Assembly: GCA_032718475.1 (NCBI GenBank)
Contig: JAUCBJ010002238.1
Coordinates: 1 to 39,907, forward strand
DNA: 39,907 nucleotides
Direction of reading: 5' to 3'
Source: Nemertoderma westbladi
Taxonomy: Eukaryota > Animalia > Xenacoelomorpha
Each line of letters opens with the position of its first letter. Position 1 is the stretch's first letter. Made by a program: the position numbers and the translations under genes. The notes under the pieces were generated by a model. The model saw only the letters and a program-made list of their open reading frames with translations, searched no databases and was not told where the DNA came from. This document shows, one piece after another, positions 10,299-23,099 of the stretch.

Positions 10299-12606
10299 AA
10301 TTGTAAATCGAAATACAGTTCATAAATAGCAGCATATACTTATATATCGATCGATATAAGTAGGTAAATCGACGGTTAGGTTGTGCACTATGCAGTTCAG
10401 TCTGTCAGTGTGCAGTGGTGGCGTTAGATAGAAAACTTAAATGGTTAAAAATAGTAATAAGTACCGTATATATACATACAATTCCTAATTCGTTATCAAA
10501 AATAATACTATTGTATATTGTGTATTGTTATCATCAAAATTCCCTTTAGGATATTTCTTGGTCAGTATCTCAAGACCATTGACTGAATATTTTAAATAAT
10601 TTGATTAAAAAATGATGGAGGAGTAATAGTATTACTGTATTGTATTCATTGCAGGCCTATACTGACCAGCTGACAGACTGCTATTGTCTGATTGTAGCTT
10701 TGCTGCCAGACTGTGCTGTATTCTGTATTGCAGGTGAGGGTTAGGTCAGTAGGTCAGTAGGTTGGCCCTTACCACTAGGCTGCTTGAATTGAAACGTGAT
10801 TTTATCTAAAAGCCTAACCCAGTCCCCAGCCAAGGTGTACTATATACAAGGCCATGCCACCGAGTTAACTGAGGGGCGGTGCCGGTGACTGGGGGCAAGA
10901 TTGTTTTTACAACAATTTGATATTTTGATATGGGGAGAGTTCTATAAATTCTAAAAAGTACGCCTTGTTCCCAGCGCGGTTCAAGGTTCGAGATCAGCTG
11001 CAGCTGCAACGTCAGCGTCAGGACTCAGGGTCAGGCTGAGGCAGGATACTGACAATAGGCTACGGGACGCAGTTCAGCAGTTATGGAATTACTACGGCAG
11101 TACGGCTGTACGGTAGAACGTAGAAGCAACATCAGAACATGGCTGTACGCTGTATGCTGTAAGCAATTGAATACAGAAATAAAAAGAATCTGATGTATTA
11201 GGGTAATAACAAATAGGCAATACAGCAATAGCAATATTGATGCCGAACGTTTTTATAATTATTGTGTTGTTGTTGTTGCTTTTATTGAGGCCTATACCTT
11301 ACATATCTTATCCACTGTTTTCGTTTGTCCTAAAGGTCTTATCACTGTATCATAATTACAATATTTTTTTGTAAAATTACAATAATTTTGTGGTTGTTAC
11401 ATTTATACATTTTAATTTTTAACTCGTATCCACTATGTTTGTTAGTCCTAAATTTTACCATAATTATATTGTAAATAGTGTTTCCAATCTATTGAAGGCC
11501 ATTTTATTTATCTATGGTTTTTCTATTTTGTACTGTTCAGCTGTTTTCAGACTGTCAGATAAAACACATTTTCTAGGACATGTTACATGTTGAACACCAT
11601 GTACTGTACATTTGTTTGTTGCCGTTACCTTTTCCTACTTTATATGTTATATTTTAATGCTATCCTTAGTGGTTAGTGCTTGTTTTAACTGATTTAACGT
11701 CAAATAAAAATTTCCAATTCCATTCCAATCTGTCTGTCTGTATGTCAGCCAATTGATGCGCTTTTTTAGTTTAGCTCGTAAATTGGAAAATGTGATAATA
11801 GCCTGATCGAGCTACACATGTAGTCCGATCGGGCTAAAATACCAGAGGTTCGCATATGAACTATAACTCAGTGTACGGTAATTAAGTCATCAAGTAACTG
11901 AGTAATGCAGTACCGGTACCGGTACTACTGTACTGCAGTACGAGTACAGTAATGTCAATTGTCAATGTGATGGTCAGACGGTACACTGGTAGAGTGTCAA
12001 GCATTCAAGAGTACAAAGTGGCAAGGCCGTAATCCCGGCTGCCCGGCCGTAACCTGAAACCTGATCGGCTAACTGTACCTGTACAGTGCCACAGTGCCGG
12101 TACTGCAGTACAGCACTGCAGCAGTGTAGCATCGACGGTACCGTCGATGCGTCATAGGCCTACCCTACGTAATACCGTACTGCCTGACTGCCGTAATCCA
12201 TAGGCCTATCTCAGTATCTGCATATCTGTCTGGCAGTTCTGATAAATCCTGAAATCCTTCAAATGCAACTGATGTGCTGATGTGATGCAGTTGCCAATAC
12301 TGCAATATATACCCAGACAGCCAGATAGGCCTACCGGTAACTACTGAAGTAGCCATAGTATAATTACCGGTATAATTGTTCGCTAAAATGGCTTTGCAGC
12401 TTTTGCCGCACGAAGGAAGGCCCCACTTGCCACTCGCACTCGTTTCTGCTTACTGGCTGTACTGCAGATGGTTGTTGAATGCTTTCTGCTGTCTGGCTGT
12501 TCTGTATTGTATTTGTATATCAAATTACTGAATTACAATAGATTCAAATTTCCCTCTCTTCCAGTCATAACATCACCAGGATGTCTGTGATTGCTTATGT
12601 GCCAAC

Positions 12607-15000
12607 CATAGCCTACTATATTACAGGCCGTGCCAACGTGCAGATACAATTCTGACTTGGCGGCCGAGTTGGACTTGGAACCAGACTCCGCAATAAGCCA
12701 GTAGGCCTACAGCCAGACAGCAATACCTGAATTCAGCATTGGAGCCTACACAGTTACACTACCTACAGACTGACAGACCTAGGTGTGTTCCGTGTCTTAC
12801 TTGTATGTGTACTGGTACTCCCTTTTGAGAAGTTTTAGATAAGTTTTAGGCTACTTGTGCCTTTGCGCCGAAAGTCTTCGACGCAGCATTACGACCGGCG
12901 TCGGAAGTGGAAGCCATCGCAAAGATGTGCAGCGCCGGCGCTAAAATTTAGAACTATTTAAAACTACCAATTAAAACTATAGGCCTAAGTCTACCGGTAT
13001 TCAGGTATTAGGCCTACTTGGTGCTTGGATATCGATATGCCTCGGAAGTGCTGCGTGCCAGAGTGCCTGGTCGGTCAAACTATAAAAACGCCACACCATG
13101 CAGCGTTTTCCGTATTCCAGGCTGCCAGGGGAGGAGCCCTATAGATCGTCATGGATTTCCGTATTATCAAAAGTGCGTGCTAATTTGCATGTGACTAAAC
13201 AAACCGTTGTTTGTGAACTCCACTGGCCTGAAAACCATGAAAAGCGCCGTGCTTATCGCTCAATTAAAATGATTCCAGCAGATCCACCATCTGTGTGGCC
13301 AGACATCGCTCCAAGTTGTACGCCCACGCCCACCCACGCTAACAACCGTCCCCGCAACCGTAAACTCTGAAACTCGTTGCATCTATGCGATCATTACGGC
13401 CGGACGATTTACCCCAGTTTCTGGAGGGGGATATTGTGACTTATGGATTTATACATTTGTTCAAATGTATTCGCAATAACTGGATCACAGAAAAATCGAA
13501 AACTATCGAATTTGATGGATGTGTAGCGAAATGGTCCTGTATTGAAAGTCTCTTTGAACGAGAAAAGGCATCATCAATAAAGATTGTCCATCGATTGACA
13601 CAGAAGGCAGTGTACCCAAAGCCTATTGAAAGACAGGATGTTTCTGCTATGCTCCGTGTGTTTTGTGATGAAACTGTTGTTGCTCTTCGTACTCACGTTG
13701 ATCCCACTGATGATGATAAAGAAACCGCAACTTTCATTGAGAAGTTCGTTCGCGCATTTAAGATACTTAAAATTCGCAGTCGCAGTGAAGACCAGCACTT
13801 AAACGACCCACTGCACCAACCATTTACAGACTCAAATGACCCACGACTCTCCGAGTTACTGATGCTGGCTAACCAAATCGACTCAATGGATTGCAAAAAT
13901 AACAACCTTCGCTGTCATACTTTTACTATTGATACTGCTAAGGCCATCTCTCATACATTTCGTGGCATTGTACATTTGATTCGCCATTGTCTCAACAATA
14001 GTTTTCAATATGTACTCTCCGGTCAGTTTACCACTGATCCCCTGGAAAAGGCGTTTGGACGGATCCGACAGTCAGCAGGCGGTACTTATTTCATATCTGC
14101 AGTCCAGGCAATGCAATATTACTCAATACAAAAGACCAAATTAATAACTGCATTGGATCAAGATTTTCTAGATTTTCAATCAACTAGCGGAGCTCATAAA
14201 TGTGATAACTGTGCTTTCATGCTAACCGAAGAGGATGCTGCAGTATTCGATTCCTTGTCAGCCCTTGAGGTTGACGAGTTGGCCTTCGACACAAAGTCTG
14301 CTTTGCTATATGTTGCTGGTTATATACAGCGTTATATTCCCAACGATGATGACGATGACACATACTTTTATGCAATGCAGTTTGGCGGCTTTCTTGGTGA
14401 ACTAAATCGAGGGAAATTGGTTACACCATCCGATACCTTTGTCCAGTTTACATTCTTTGCTTACATCATGTTTATTAGTTTACAAGCACAGACTATGTCG
14501 TTTTAGTTTAACCAATATTTTTGAAACAATTGCGGATAGTTATTTCGCCCAAGTCGTGCCAAAGGTGTGCTGTACCGGACTGTGCAACATATTTCTTAAT
14601 AATTACAGTGTATTAGTCACCCCTACAAGCTCTAATGAAACATCAATTAAAGCAATCAAGTTGTGCTAATGATATGTTTTATTTATTGCCATACAGTAAA
14701 GTTAATTACGTTAAGTGTGAAGTTATCAGGCTAAGTATAAAGTAACACCATAAGTGTAAAGACCAATTTCAATTAATTATAATCCAGCAGATTAACAGAC
14801 AAACTGTAATCAATGACATAAAGTTTAATTAAAGTTTCATAACGTATGCATGCATCCTACGGAAAACGTATTTAGTGCATAGTTATCAGGTTTTGTGATG
14901 ATGACACCACCACTAATAGTATAGGTAGGTTATTACAGGTCGGCCGCCAAGTCAGAATCGTACCTGCACGTTGGCACGGCCTGTAATATAGTAGGCTATG
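12607..15000 (+). mobile_element. P-superfamily DNA transposon, internally deleted, with 61-bp TIRs and 8-bp TSD GTGCCAAC
   Basis: Left TIR 12607-12667 (CATAGCCTACTATATTACAGGCCG...) and right TIR 14940-15000 match with 2 mismatches. GTGCCAAC flanks both ends (12599-12606, 15001-15008). CA...TG ends and an 8-bp TSD fit P elements. Confidence 0.96.
13037..14669 (+). pseudogene. THAP-domain P-element transposase (THAP9-like) pseudogene
   Basis: THAP start MPRKCCVPEC at 13037, then W...VVCELHW after frameshifts. HLFKCIRNNW, PIERQDV, FTTDPLEKAFGRIRQSAGG (catalytic E block) and LLYVAGYI present. The region carrying the first catalytic Asp residues appears absent. Further frameshift near 14500. Confidence 0.9.
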
Positions 15001-15398
15001 GTGCCAACGCCAAATCGAGGTAGACGAGTAAGAGTACGCACGCACTAAAATACTATCCAGATTTTTCTCACGCTATGTCTTACGTCTTTGTTGATCGAAA
15101 TGAAAAATAATAATAATTACTGTACATATATAATCTAAAATATTTGCCACATATAAGACATGAAATACTTAAATATAAACTATTGTATTTATTATATTGC
15201 ATGGTATAAATGTTTATTATTCACAACAAACTAAAGGGGGTGTATTTTTATTGCATCGAAAGCGCTGCACCCCCCCCCCCCCCCCCCCCCCCTCTTCCCA
15301 TCTGCAAATATTAGTGTAAAATCCCAATAATAAAAGCACAAAAATTGCAATAATTTATCATTCATTATAATAAATCTTCAATCAATCAAATCCCTAGC

Positions 15399-16711
15399 CT
15401 ACTTATAATTACTGTAGTTTGAATATGACAATTTTATTATATCATTTTGAAAATATTCCTTACTAGATTTTTGAATTTTTAATGTGCTGTAGTTATTTAG
15501 GAATATGTTACCTACAGTCATACGTATCTCACTTTCATTTGTATCGAAATTATACGCTTCGGAAATAGAAATAAAATTGTCCATAAGCGATGTGCGACAA
15601 ATAGACATTTCTACATTAGAAAATAACATAATCAGAAGAACTTAAAAACTTCTTACCCAACGTAGATTTAGGGCACATATCCCCATATCCCACTGTGGTC
15701 ATGGTAACTATATAACCTGGCAAATATTATCATCAAGTTTATTTAATCCTCTTCGGTCGAGTCTATTAAGATATCCTCCACGAAGTCTATAATATTAGAA
15801 TGTCAACTCAGCATTATAGGTAGCATTACGCCACGGCGTGTAACGTATCCGGCGATGTAAAGCAATGTAAATTTGTTAGCTGTTGATAAAGATTCACAGT
15901 TCCGTTGTTGTGGTGTGGTGTCACTTTGCCAAACACACTACTAATGAGAACCTGATCGGTCTATTTAGAGACATCAGAGCTGTTAACGTTCGTATACTTG
16001 GAAGCTGATAATCATCCCGAAATTTTGTATAGGTTGCAAATATATTGTATATTATAATATAATTGTATAGGTGAAATATTTGAATGCGCTAATACAGTAA
16101 ATGTTTCCGTGGGATAGAGTTTATATCAGCGAATAACATTACTCAGATGGTACTCAAGTGTCATCCTAGGATTAAGTTTATCAACTCTCAGTTATGAAGT
16201 TATATAATCGCGCATTACACACCACAATGAAAAGCTTCAAAACTGAGATTCTCAGAGTTTAAAGAGAAATCGAGGAACTCCTTCAACATATTCCACCGAT
16301 TGTACATAAATACTTTATATTATACTGGAAAGACCACCAGACCGGTCGGCTAAATCCTGATTATCTAAATCTTTAAAATAACTCTCATTTCATATTCTTG
16401 GCGGTTCCGCATAGCTGAAGAGATGCGCTTAGTTAGTTCCACGCTCCGGGGGCGGGGGCGTATCTGCATTATACTGTACAGTAGAGTTGGGAACCGAAGG
16501 CAATATCGTACAGTAGGATAATATTAGCGGGTCTCAATTTCCCGCGATAATTGGCAGTAGAGAAGTTTTCTGGGCAGCTGTCTACAAACAACAGTATTTT
16601 AAGAGTCGGGAAGGTTATCCCGGGGGATACTGTGAACCGAAATGGGAGTAGTACTCCCATTTCTAAAATATAATTGAATTTGCATGCGTACACGCAGCAC
16701 TTAGCGTACAT
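15399..16711 (-). pseudogene. Older, heavily degraded P/THAP transposase relic, tail-to-tail with the first element
   Basis: MYAKCCVYACKFNY (THAP start) at 16711, GKLRP, LLYIAGYVTR (about 15835-15870) and CRTSL...NIFLNNYS...IIKLS*, paralleling the C-terminus of the 13037..14669 transposase. Confidence 0.8.
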
Positions 16712-17329
16712 AAAAAAATAAATATATTATCTGTTACGTTTTCTGTAGGACGCCTTGGCCAGCGGAATTGCCATTGGCCGCACACATACCGGTACTGTGC
16801 CTACACAGAACCTACAAAGAACATTATAGCAGCTTCTATCACCTGCTGTTCCCCCGTTATCAAATTTATCCTACCTGGTACTTATGATTTATTGAGTACG
16901 GGTAGTAATGATACAGTACATGTATATCCTAACATCAGGTGTGGTAAAGTGAAAGTAATACATACTTTATATGATTACAGGCGAGTCGCTTTAACATTGA
17001 AGTTTAACTAGTGGCGTGCAAGCACGCGGGGATGCAAATCTTCAATCTTCAGAACACTTCTATTAATTAATTAATATTCTGTAGGCCTACTAATATTTAA
17101 CTTTTTAAATCACTTTATTCCTTTAGGCCTGACAATGATCCAATTTTCTATAACTTTTTAGAGTAACATAAACATAATAAATAAACAAAAAAACATAATT
17201 TCCTTTTGTAATCTAGAAACTCCCTCCATTACATACAGTAAGTTATTTGTGTTATTATTATTTCTGTTATTGGTGTTATTTTACCATCGCGTCTATAGCC
17301 CTTTTCGTTTATTTCATTTTTTTGCAAAA

Positions 17330-17491
17330 ACTAATGACTGTATTTTTCTGAAAATTGCTTTACAGTATACACCCATTCTGACCATACACTACAGGAGGAT
17401 ACTAAAAACAACACAATTGACCGGATAGTTTCGGAGCCTTTCGTGTGACAAACAGACAGAGACGATTTTCTTACAGTAAGTAAATCTAGAT
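17330..17491. mobile_element. Helitron-like non-autonomous fragment
   Basis: ...CCGGATAGTTTCGGAGCC...ACAAACAGACAGA...TAGAT resembles microsatellite-bearing ends of invertebrate Helitron derivatives. Pattern recognition only. Confidence 0.35.
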
Positions 17492-18299
17492 TTACAAATA
17501 ATTATTTTCAGAACGGGTGAATATCCGTTGGGCTATTGGACTCATTCTACAATACTGTACAAGGCACTTATTGGAAGTTAATTAAAGAGATACAGTTAGG
17601 TGATTAATATCATTCGCGCGTAACATTTACTTTCATACTATTCATTCCATACGCATACATAAGTTTACGTCATTCAAAGATAGAAACGGCAACTTTTGGT
17701 TATTTGTGGTTTTAATACCATAATCTGCGTAAAGAATGATATGAAGCTTAACGGTATCCACCGCGGTGATTGTCCTTGCTCATGCATGCTTTAAATCTCA
17801 CCAGCCTGTCGCCGCTAAAACCCAACGAATATAAATGGAGAGGGTTTAGTGATTTCCTCGCCTGCTTTCAATCTCGATACATCTGTTGCATTTCCTCTAT
17901 CCGGTCAAAATCACCCAATTAGTCACAATTTGGTTGTATCATATTTATTATTAAATTAAAGCGAATATATAAGACCTCATTTAGTCGTTAATAGCAAAGA
18001 TTTTTTCTCGGTAACTAAGATTATATTATATTTTTTCACTTCTGAAACATTTTATTATTCTGCTTTTGCAGTGGAATTTAAAAAGCAAAACGTATTTTAC
18101 GGAGTGAAAAATAAGTATTTTTGACGATAACAGTTCCATAATAAAAATGAACAATGTTGTATGGTGTGGGGCGAGCCACGTAGGGGTAGAATTAGTGGAC
18201 CCGTCCGTCGTTGGCGTTGTCGGAAATGTTTGAACGGTAATAAGTCGGTTAATCATGAATGAAATGGAACAAACGTGGTACACATGTGGTCTATCAAAC

Positions 18300-18615
18300 G
18301 TTTAGAAATTCTCCAGAGAGGCAGACCTCTGTAATTCGTCTGTCTGCAGCTAGGGGGCGAATTGACAGAAACGTAAAAGTAACTGCAATCATAGAACCAA
18401 CCAGATTCATTTGAAATTTGGTATGAGTGACCTATGTACGAACATTGCTGAATAGAGAAATTCTGCTCACAGACAGACTTTTACAGTCCCTCTGTCTCGC
18501 CGCTAGGGGGCAAATGCGAAATATTTGTCCAGTAATTGTACCTCTCGCAAAGGCTCATCTGGACTTACGTGCTGCGCGAAGTCCCCACGTACGTGTGATA
18601 CGGACTTTCATTTAG
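18300..18615. mobile_element. Helentron/DINE-like non-autonomous element fragment
   Basis: GTCTGTCTG core, two GCTAGGGGGC blocks, GAAATTTGGTATG motif and a 3' stem-loop-like GGACTT...AAGTCC. Confidence 0.4.
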
Positions 18616-19283
18616 GCCTAAAATAGGCCCCACTACTGTATAACCTCTGAGTGGCCAGTTTTCTAATCTATTTTTTTGTTTCCACGAATTTATTTGCAAA
18701 CTCGTTTGAACGAATTTACAAAACTCAGGGAAACAAATCTAATTGGCTGGAGTGGTTTCCACTGTACTGTTATACTGTACCAACTCACATCCAATCAAAG
18801 AATCCGAATAAAGAATCAGAGAATTTAAAAGATGATACATTTTAAGGAATAGCTGTAGTTTACAGTATGTTTTAATGGGACAACTCAAAATCAAGAAGTT
18901 TCCAACTCAAAACTACTTAATCCACCACTGTATATTTCTATGTTGCACCACTGAACCAGTCTTGTGTACAGTACAGTTAGTAGTAGGCCTATTGTGTACA
19001 GTATATAGGCAATGCAAACAATAATTGGTAATAAATAGCCAGTTATCGTCTTGAACGTACTGATAGACTTACCGCACCACAATGAAAAGTGTACATACAT
19101 ACTGTAGGCTCTATTAAGAAATAACGAATTATCTTTAAATAAACTCATATACTGTATACAGTATGTAATACAGTAAAATACTATATACTGTAGTTAATGT
19201 CCAAGTAGAGTATTATAGCCTCTTATATTTCATTTCGATTTAATTGTTATATTCGGTCGGTACGTGCTTGAAGATCACCAGCA

Positions 19284-19499
19284 ATGGGGAAACTACTTAT
19301 AATCCTATTCAGTGTCTTATTGTTTATCGCAGTTACTATGGCAGACGAACAACAATGCGTTGATGACTGCAAACACTGTTACGACAGCCCCTATACGCAG
19401 TCACGTTTGACCGATTGTTGCTACGGTTGCTATGGATTATACACTGGAAGTGAAGTCATAATCACTTACGATAGTGACGGAGTGATCCTCTGCACATGA
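19284..19499 (+). CDS. Small secreted cysteine-rich peptide (71 aa) with eclosion-hormone-like Cys spacing
   Basis: Signal-peptide-like N-terminus MGKLLIILFSVLLFIAVTMA. Mature part has C-x3-C-x2-C-x12-C-C-x2-C-x20-C. Good start context (GCAATGG), AATAAA about 100 nt downstream. Confidence 0.75.
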   Translation: MGKLLIILFSVLLFIAVTMADEQQCVDDCKHCYDSPYTQSRLTDCCYGCYGLYTGSEVIITYDSDGVILCT

Positions 19500-20035
19500 T
19501 GCTGATATGTGGTGACATTCAGATAATACTATAGTCCAGGCAAATTGCAAATAATTCTGTAATATTACAAAGTCGTCTGATATTTCTAACATAAAAAATA
19601 AATAATTCAAATATAAGTATTTATTACGTGGGAAAAATGAGGAACTTTTTTCACTATTCTCGAGACATTTTATAATAATAATACAGTTATTTATAAAGCG
19701 CCGTCTTCTGCTAAGGTTCAAAGGTGCTAAGTAAAGACAAAAGTGAAATGCACAGAAAATATCAGAAAAAATATATTTTTTTATAGAATAAATTATTTGT
19801 GCTATTAGGAGGCATCATGTAAAAACATTATAAACATGTTTTTCATTATTTACCGAGCGCAAGCGAGATCAATAAAGAGTAGAGAGAATTATTGAAAATA
19901 AATGAACTACGTTTTTTTCCCATGTAATAGGCTTCGTAATTTTATTCTTAAATTGGTACAACTACAGTACCCCATTGAAAATATCTTGTACTTTTTGATG
20001 CTTAATTATTTAATATCGCGATATAGTATTATTAA

Positions 20036-20386
20036 AGGCCTGTTTACACGTGGCAACTTGTAGAGCAACCCAGGTTGCCGATTAAGTTGCTCCGTGTAAA
20101 CACGTAAGTTGCTGAAAAAGTTGCTCAACTTTTACGGCAACTTGAAGGAATTTGCGTTGGCGAATAATCAAATTAAATTATCAAAAACTAGCTAGTAGAT
20201 AAAATGACCCACTATTTTACAGTCAAACAACTGTAGCCAAGTTGCTCTAAAAGATGCCGGCCAAGTTGCTGGTAAAGTTGCTGGTAAAGTAGCCACGTGT
20301 AAACAGCCATTAAATTAAGTTGCTCCAAAAAAAGTTGCTAGTTGCCGAGAAAGTTGCTCTAAAAGTTGCCACGTGTAAACAGGCCT
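20036..20386. mobile_element. MITE with TIRs AGGCCTGTTTACACGTGGCAACTT flanked by TTAA (PIF/Harbinger-like TIR; Kolobok not excluded)
   Basis: Perfect terminal inverted repeats, TTAA on both sides, many internal AAGTTGC/GCAACTT motifs and an internal terminus-like copy at about 20291-20313. Confidence 0.9.
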
Positions 20387-20879
20387 TTAATCAATTGAAC
20401 TGCAGTATTTTACTATATTGATTCCATAGTTAGGCCTACTGAGATTCAAATTATTGTACTCTTCAACTCCGGATGCTGCCTTACTCAATGTTACATAATT
20501 TAGTGTTCTAGAATATTTATTCATAACTTAGAGAGCCGTTTAAAAATATTAACCAATTGGATATTGAGTTCCGTTTTTGAGTACGCCTTGCAGACACTAA
20601 AGTTGCAATAACTTTTGAGTGTGTGAATGTATTTTGCTCATATTACTAGCAAACCTTTTCTACTTCGATGCTCTTTCTTCGCATGTATTAAAATTTAAGA
20701 AATTCCACCAAAAATTTTATATAGAATATATTGTAGTATATAAATATTACATGTCAAAGACTATTTCAGCAGACGTTAAAAAATGTAAATGTCCGACCAC
20801 CACGGTTCCTCTAGAGAAGAAAAAGATGATGCGGTAACTACAAGAGCAGTAACCAGAAAGTTGAATTCGTTGAGTCATG

Positions 20880-21340
20880 CAGGATGGTGCTTTCGCTATG
20901 TTATGTTAAGTGAGCATTGTATTTTATTCCACAAACACTGTGAGCATCCTGGAGTAAAATCAAGGGATCTTTGTGTTTTCTGCATTAAGATCCAAGCAGT
21001 GACTGCCATATAGCAGCACAGGCTCTACTGCTATCCGGAATATACTTTACTTCAGATAATGTTTGATTCTGGATGATCTCCAAAACCTCGATAAAGTATA
21101 TTTTAATGTCAGATCCTTCATCAGATCTCCGAATCCAATAACCAAGGTAGCAGACTTCTACGTGACCACCCAGGCAATCCAAGGACTGAACGCATAGAGG
21201 ATCGATGAAAGCCTGGGGAGAATCAAAGTTCATCGTTAGGATTTTTGTCTTCGTGGCATTTATAAATAGACAGCAATGGATTATGCTTGTTCTACACTGG
21301 GGAACATTCGTTGATACCATCCAGATCATCAGAAAAGTAG
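20880..21340 (-). mobile_element. Degenerate RTE-like LINE fragment related to the copies at 691 and 3535
   Basis: FINATKTKILTMNFDSPQ and CYLGYWIRRSDE align by eye with NSRKTKILTVNFESPQ and CYLGSWIRKSDE. Confidence 0.75.
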
Positions 21341-23099
21341 AGGAATTTTGTAACCTTTGCGTCGGCCTCACGTGACGCAAATTCTGTTGCGGCAACTTGT
21401 TTCACCAACATGTTGCGGTGCCCACTCACACCTTTTAGCTACATCTTTCTTAAAGATCTACTATAGGAACTGTTCCAGAGATCCTAATGTTCTTAAGTTC
21501 TTAACGTTCTATTATTTTTATTGGATTGTTCTTATAAATATTTATATTTCTTAAAAATAGTTTTACCAAAGTTTTTCCAAATATAGGTATTTTATGACGT
21601 AATTTGCCTGGACTATTTTAATATAGACTCAAATACCGTCGACTTCAAATGATGTTGAAATACCCTAACTATTTATATGGTGATATTATGTATTAATTTT
21701 ACTATTCATATAATACTCTAAATGTACCTACAGTAACTGCAATGGTCAAATCATTCCGTAAGGTTGCCTTGAGTTTACTGAGATTTAAACTCGGTGGTTT
21801 GGGATATATTATAACTCTACTTAATATAAATATATTACGTTATTACATAATAATATTATGAAATATAATCAATTATTCGGTGATGAAAATGTCAGCATAG
21901 AACTAAATATAATGAAGTTTGATGTAAACTTTCCCCTAAAACTCAAATACATCAGCTTGCAATTATAATTAGAGATTCTTTCAAGTCACAAATAGCACAC
22001 CATATGAACAACATATGAGCAAGTCGGCTGTGTGTATGTACTACGTACTAGGGACTGTATTCCATAAAGAGTCATTGCATTCAACTCTTCGGCCGTTGCT
22101 AGGAATTACGTACAAAGTCTGACGACTTATTTCCACTTACGAATTACAGTACATGCCACTGTTGCCTGCTCCTTTCCCTTAACTGATAATTAGCTGGCGA
22201 TAATTACCTGTAAGCGGTAGGTTTCTCGAGGGTGAAGCTTACACTTAACCTTTTGGCAAAACCCCCAATGATACAGTTTGAATATTATTGACGGAAAATT
22301 TTTTCACAACAATAATTATTTTACCAACCAAAATAACTCAAAACAATTACCTACTATATTTCCCTGCTAGGCCCAACGCAATATCTGCTTGACTAATCAT
22401 TTTTATTTGCTCTATGCAATATAAGGATGTTTTTGATGCGTGAATATAATATATTCAATGAATAGATAAGAAGTTACAAAACGTGACCATTGAGTCAGAA
22501 CAATACATACCACAATTAAAAAAAAAATTTCACCAAAATTACTCAAGATTAATCCATGTTAAAATCCTAGACTTGTATGTCAGTTTAGAAGATATGGAAA
22601 ACCAGAACAACCAACCCTCAAACATTTAAGTTGAAAACTATTAGAGGTAAAAACAACACATACCACACTTAATCGAAGCAAAATAATACACGCACAATGC
22701 AATGTATGCAACTCCTGTATATTATTTATAAACGAATCAAAAGAAGCCAAATTATTCCGGAATATGTATTTAAATTAGCGGCAAAGTTGATTAATATGAA
22801 CTATTCCACACTACCTGGCGCTATTTAAGTGGAAAATGTAGATTACCGGTACAGTAATGTCGTTTTTAGGATCTGATGATGACCCTTTACGGCCACGAGC
22901 AATGTCAGGTCTATTACGTGATGTGATCTTCAGTTGATTCAGTTCTGAATGATGGTTCCGTGGTTGGTTAATAAATTCATCGAGTTTTAATCGAACCAGT
23001 GGTAAGATTTGAGTCGGATATATTGGGGAAGAGAAGGTGATTATTTCGCAGCTGAGCACCTGCGATTTTAAACATTTTAACATAAGATAATAATTAATT

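Noticed and set aside
15268-15292. Long poly-C tract (similar poly-G tracts at about 28780, 30110, 30420 and 30720)
   Set aside because: Homopolymers typical of MITE subtermini; lengths are unreliable and there is no evidence of function.
22870-22950. Possible C/D-box snoRNA (ATGATGA ... CTGA)
   Set aside because: No convincing terminal stem, no recognisable rRNA guide and no evident host intron.
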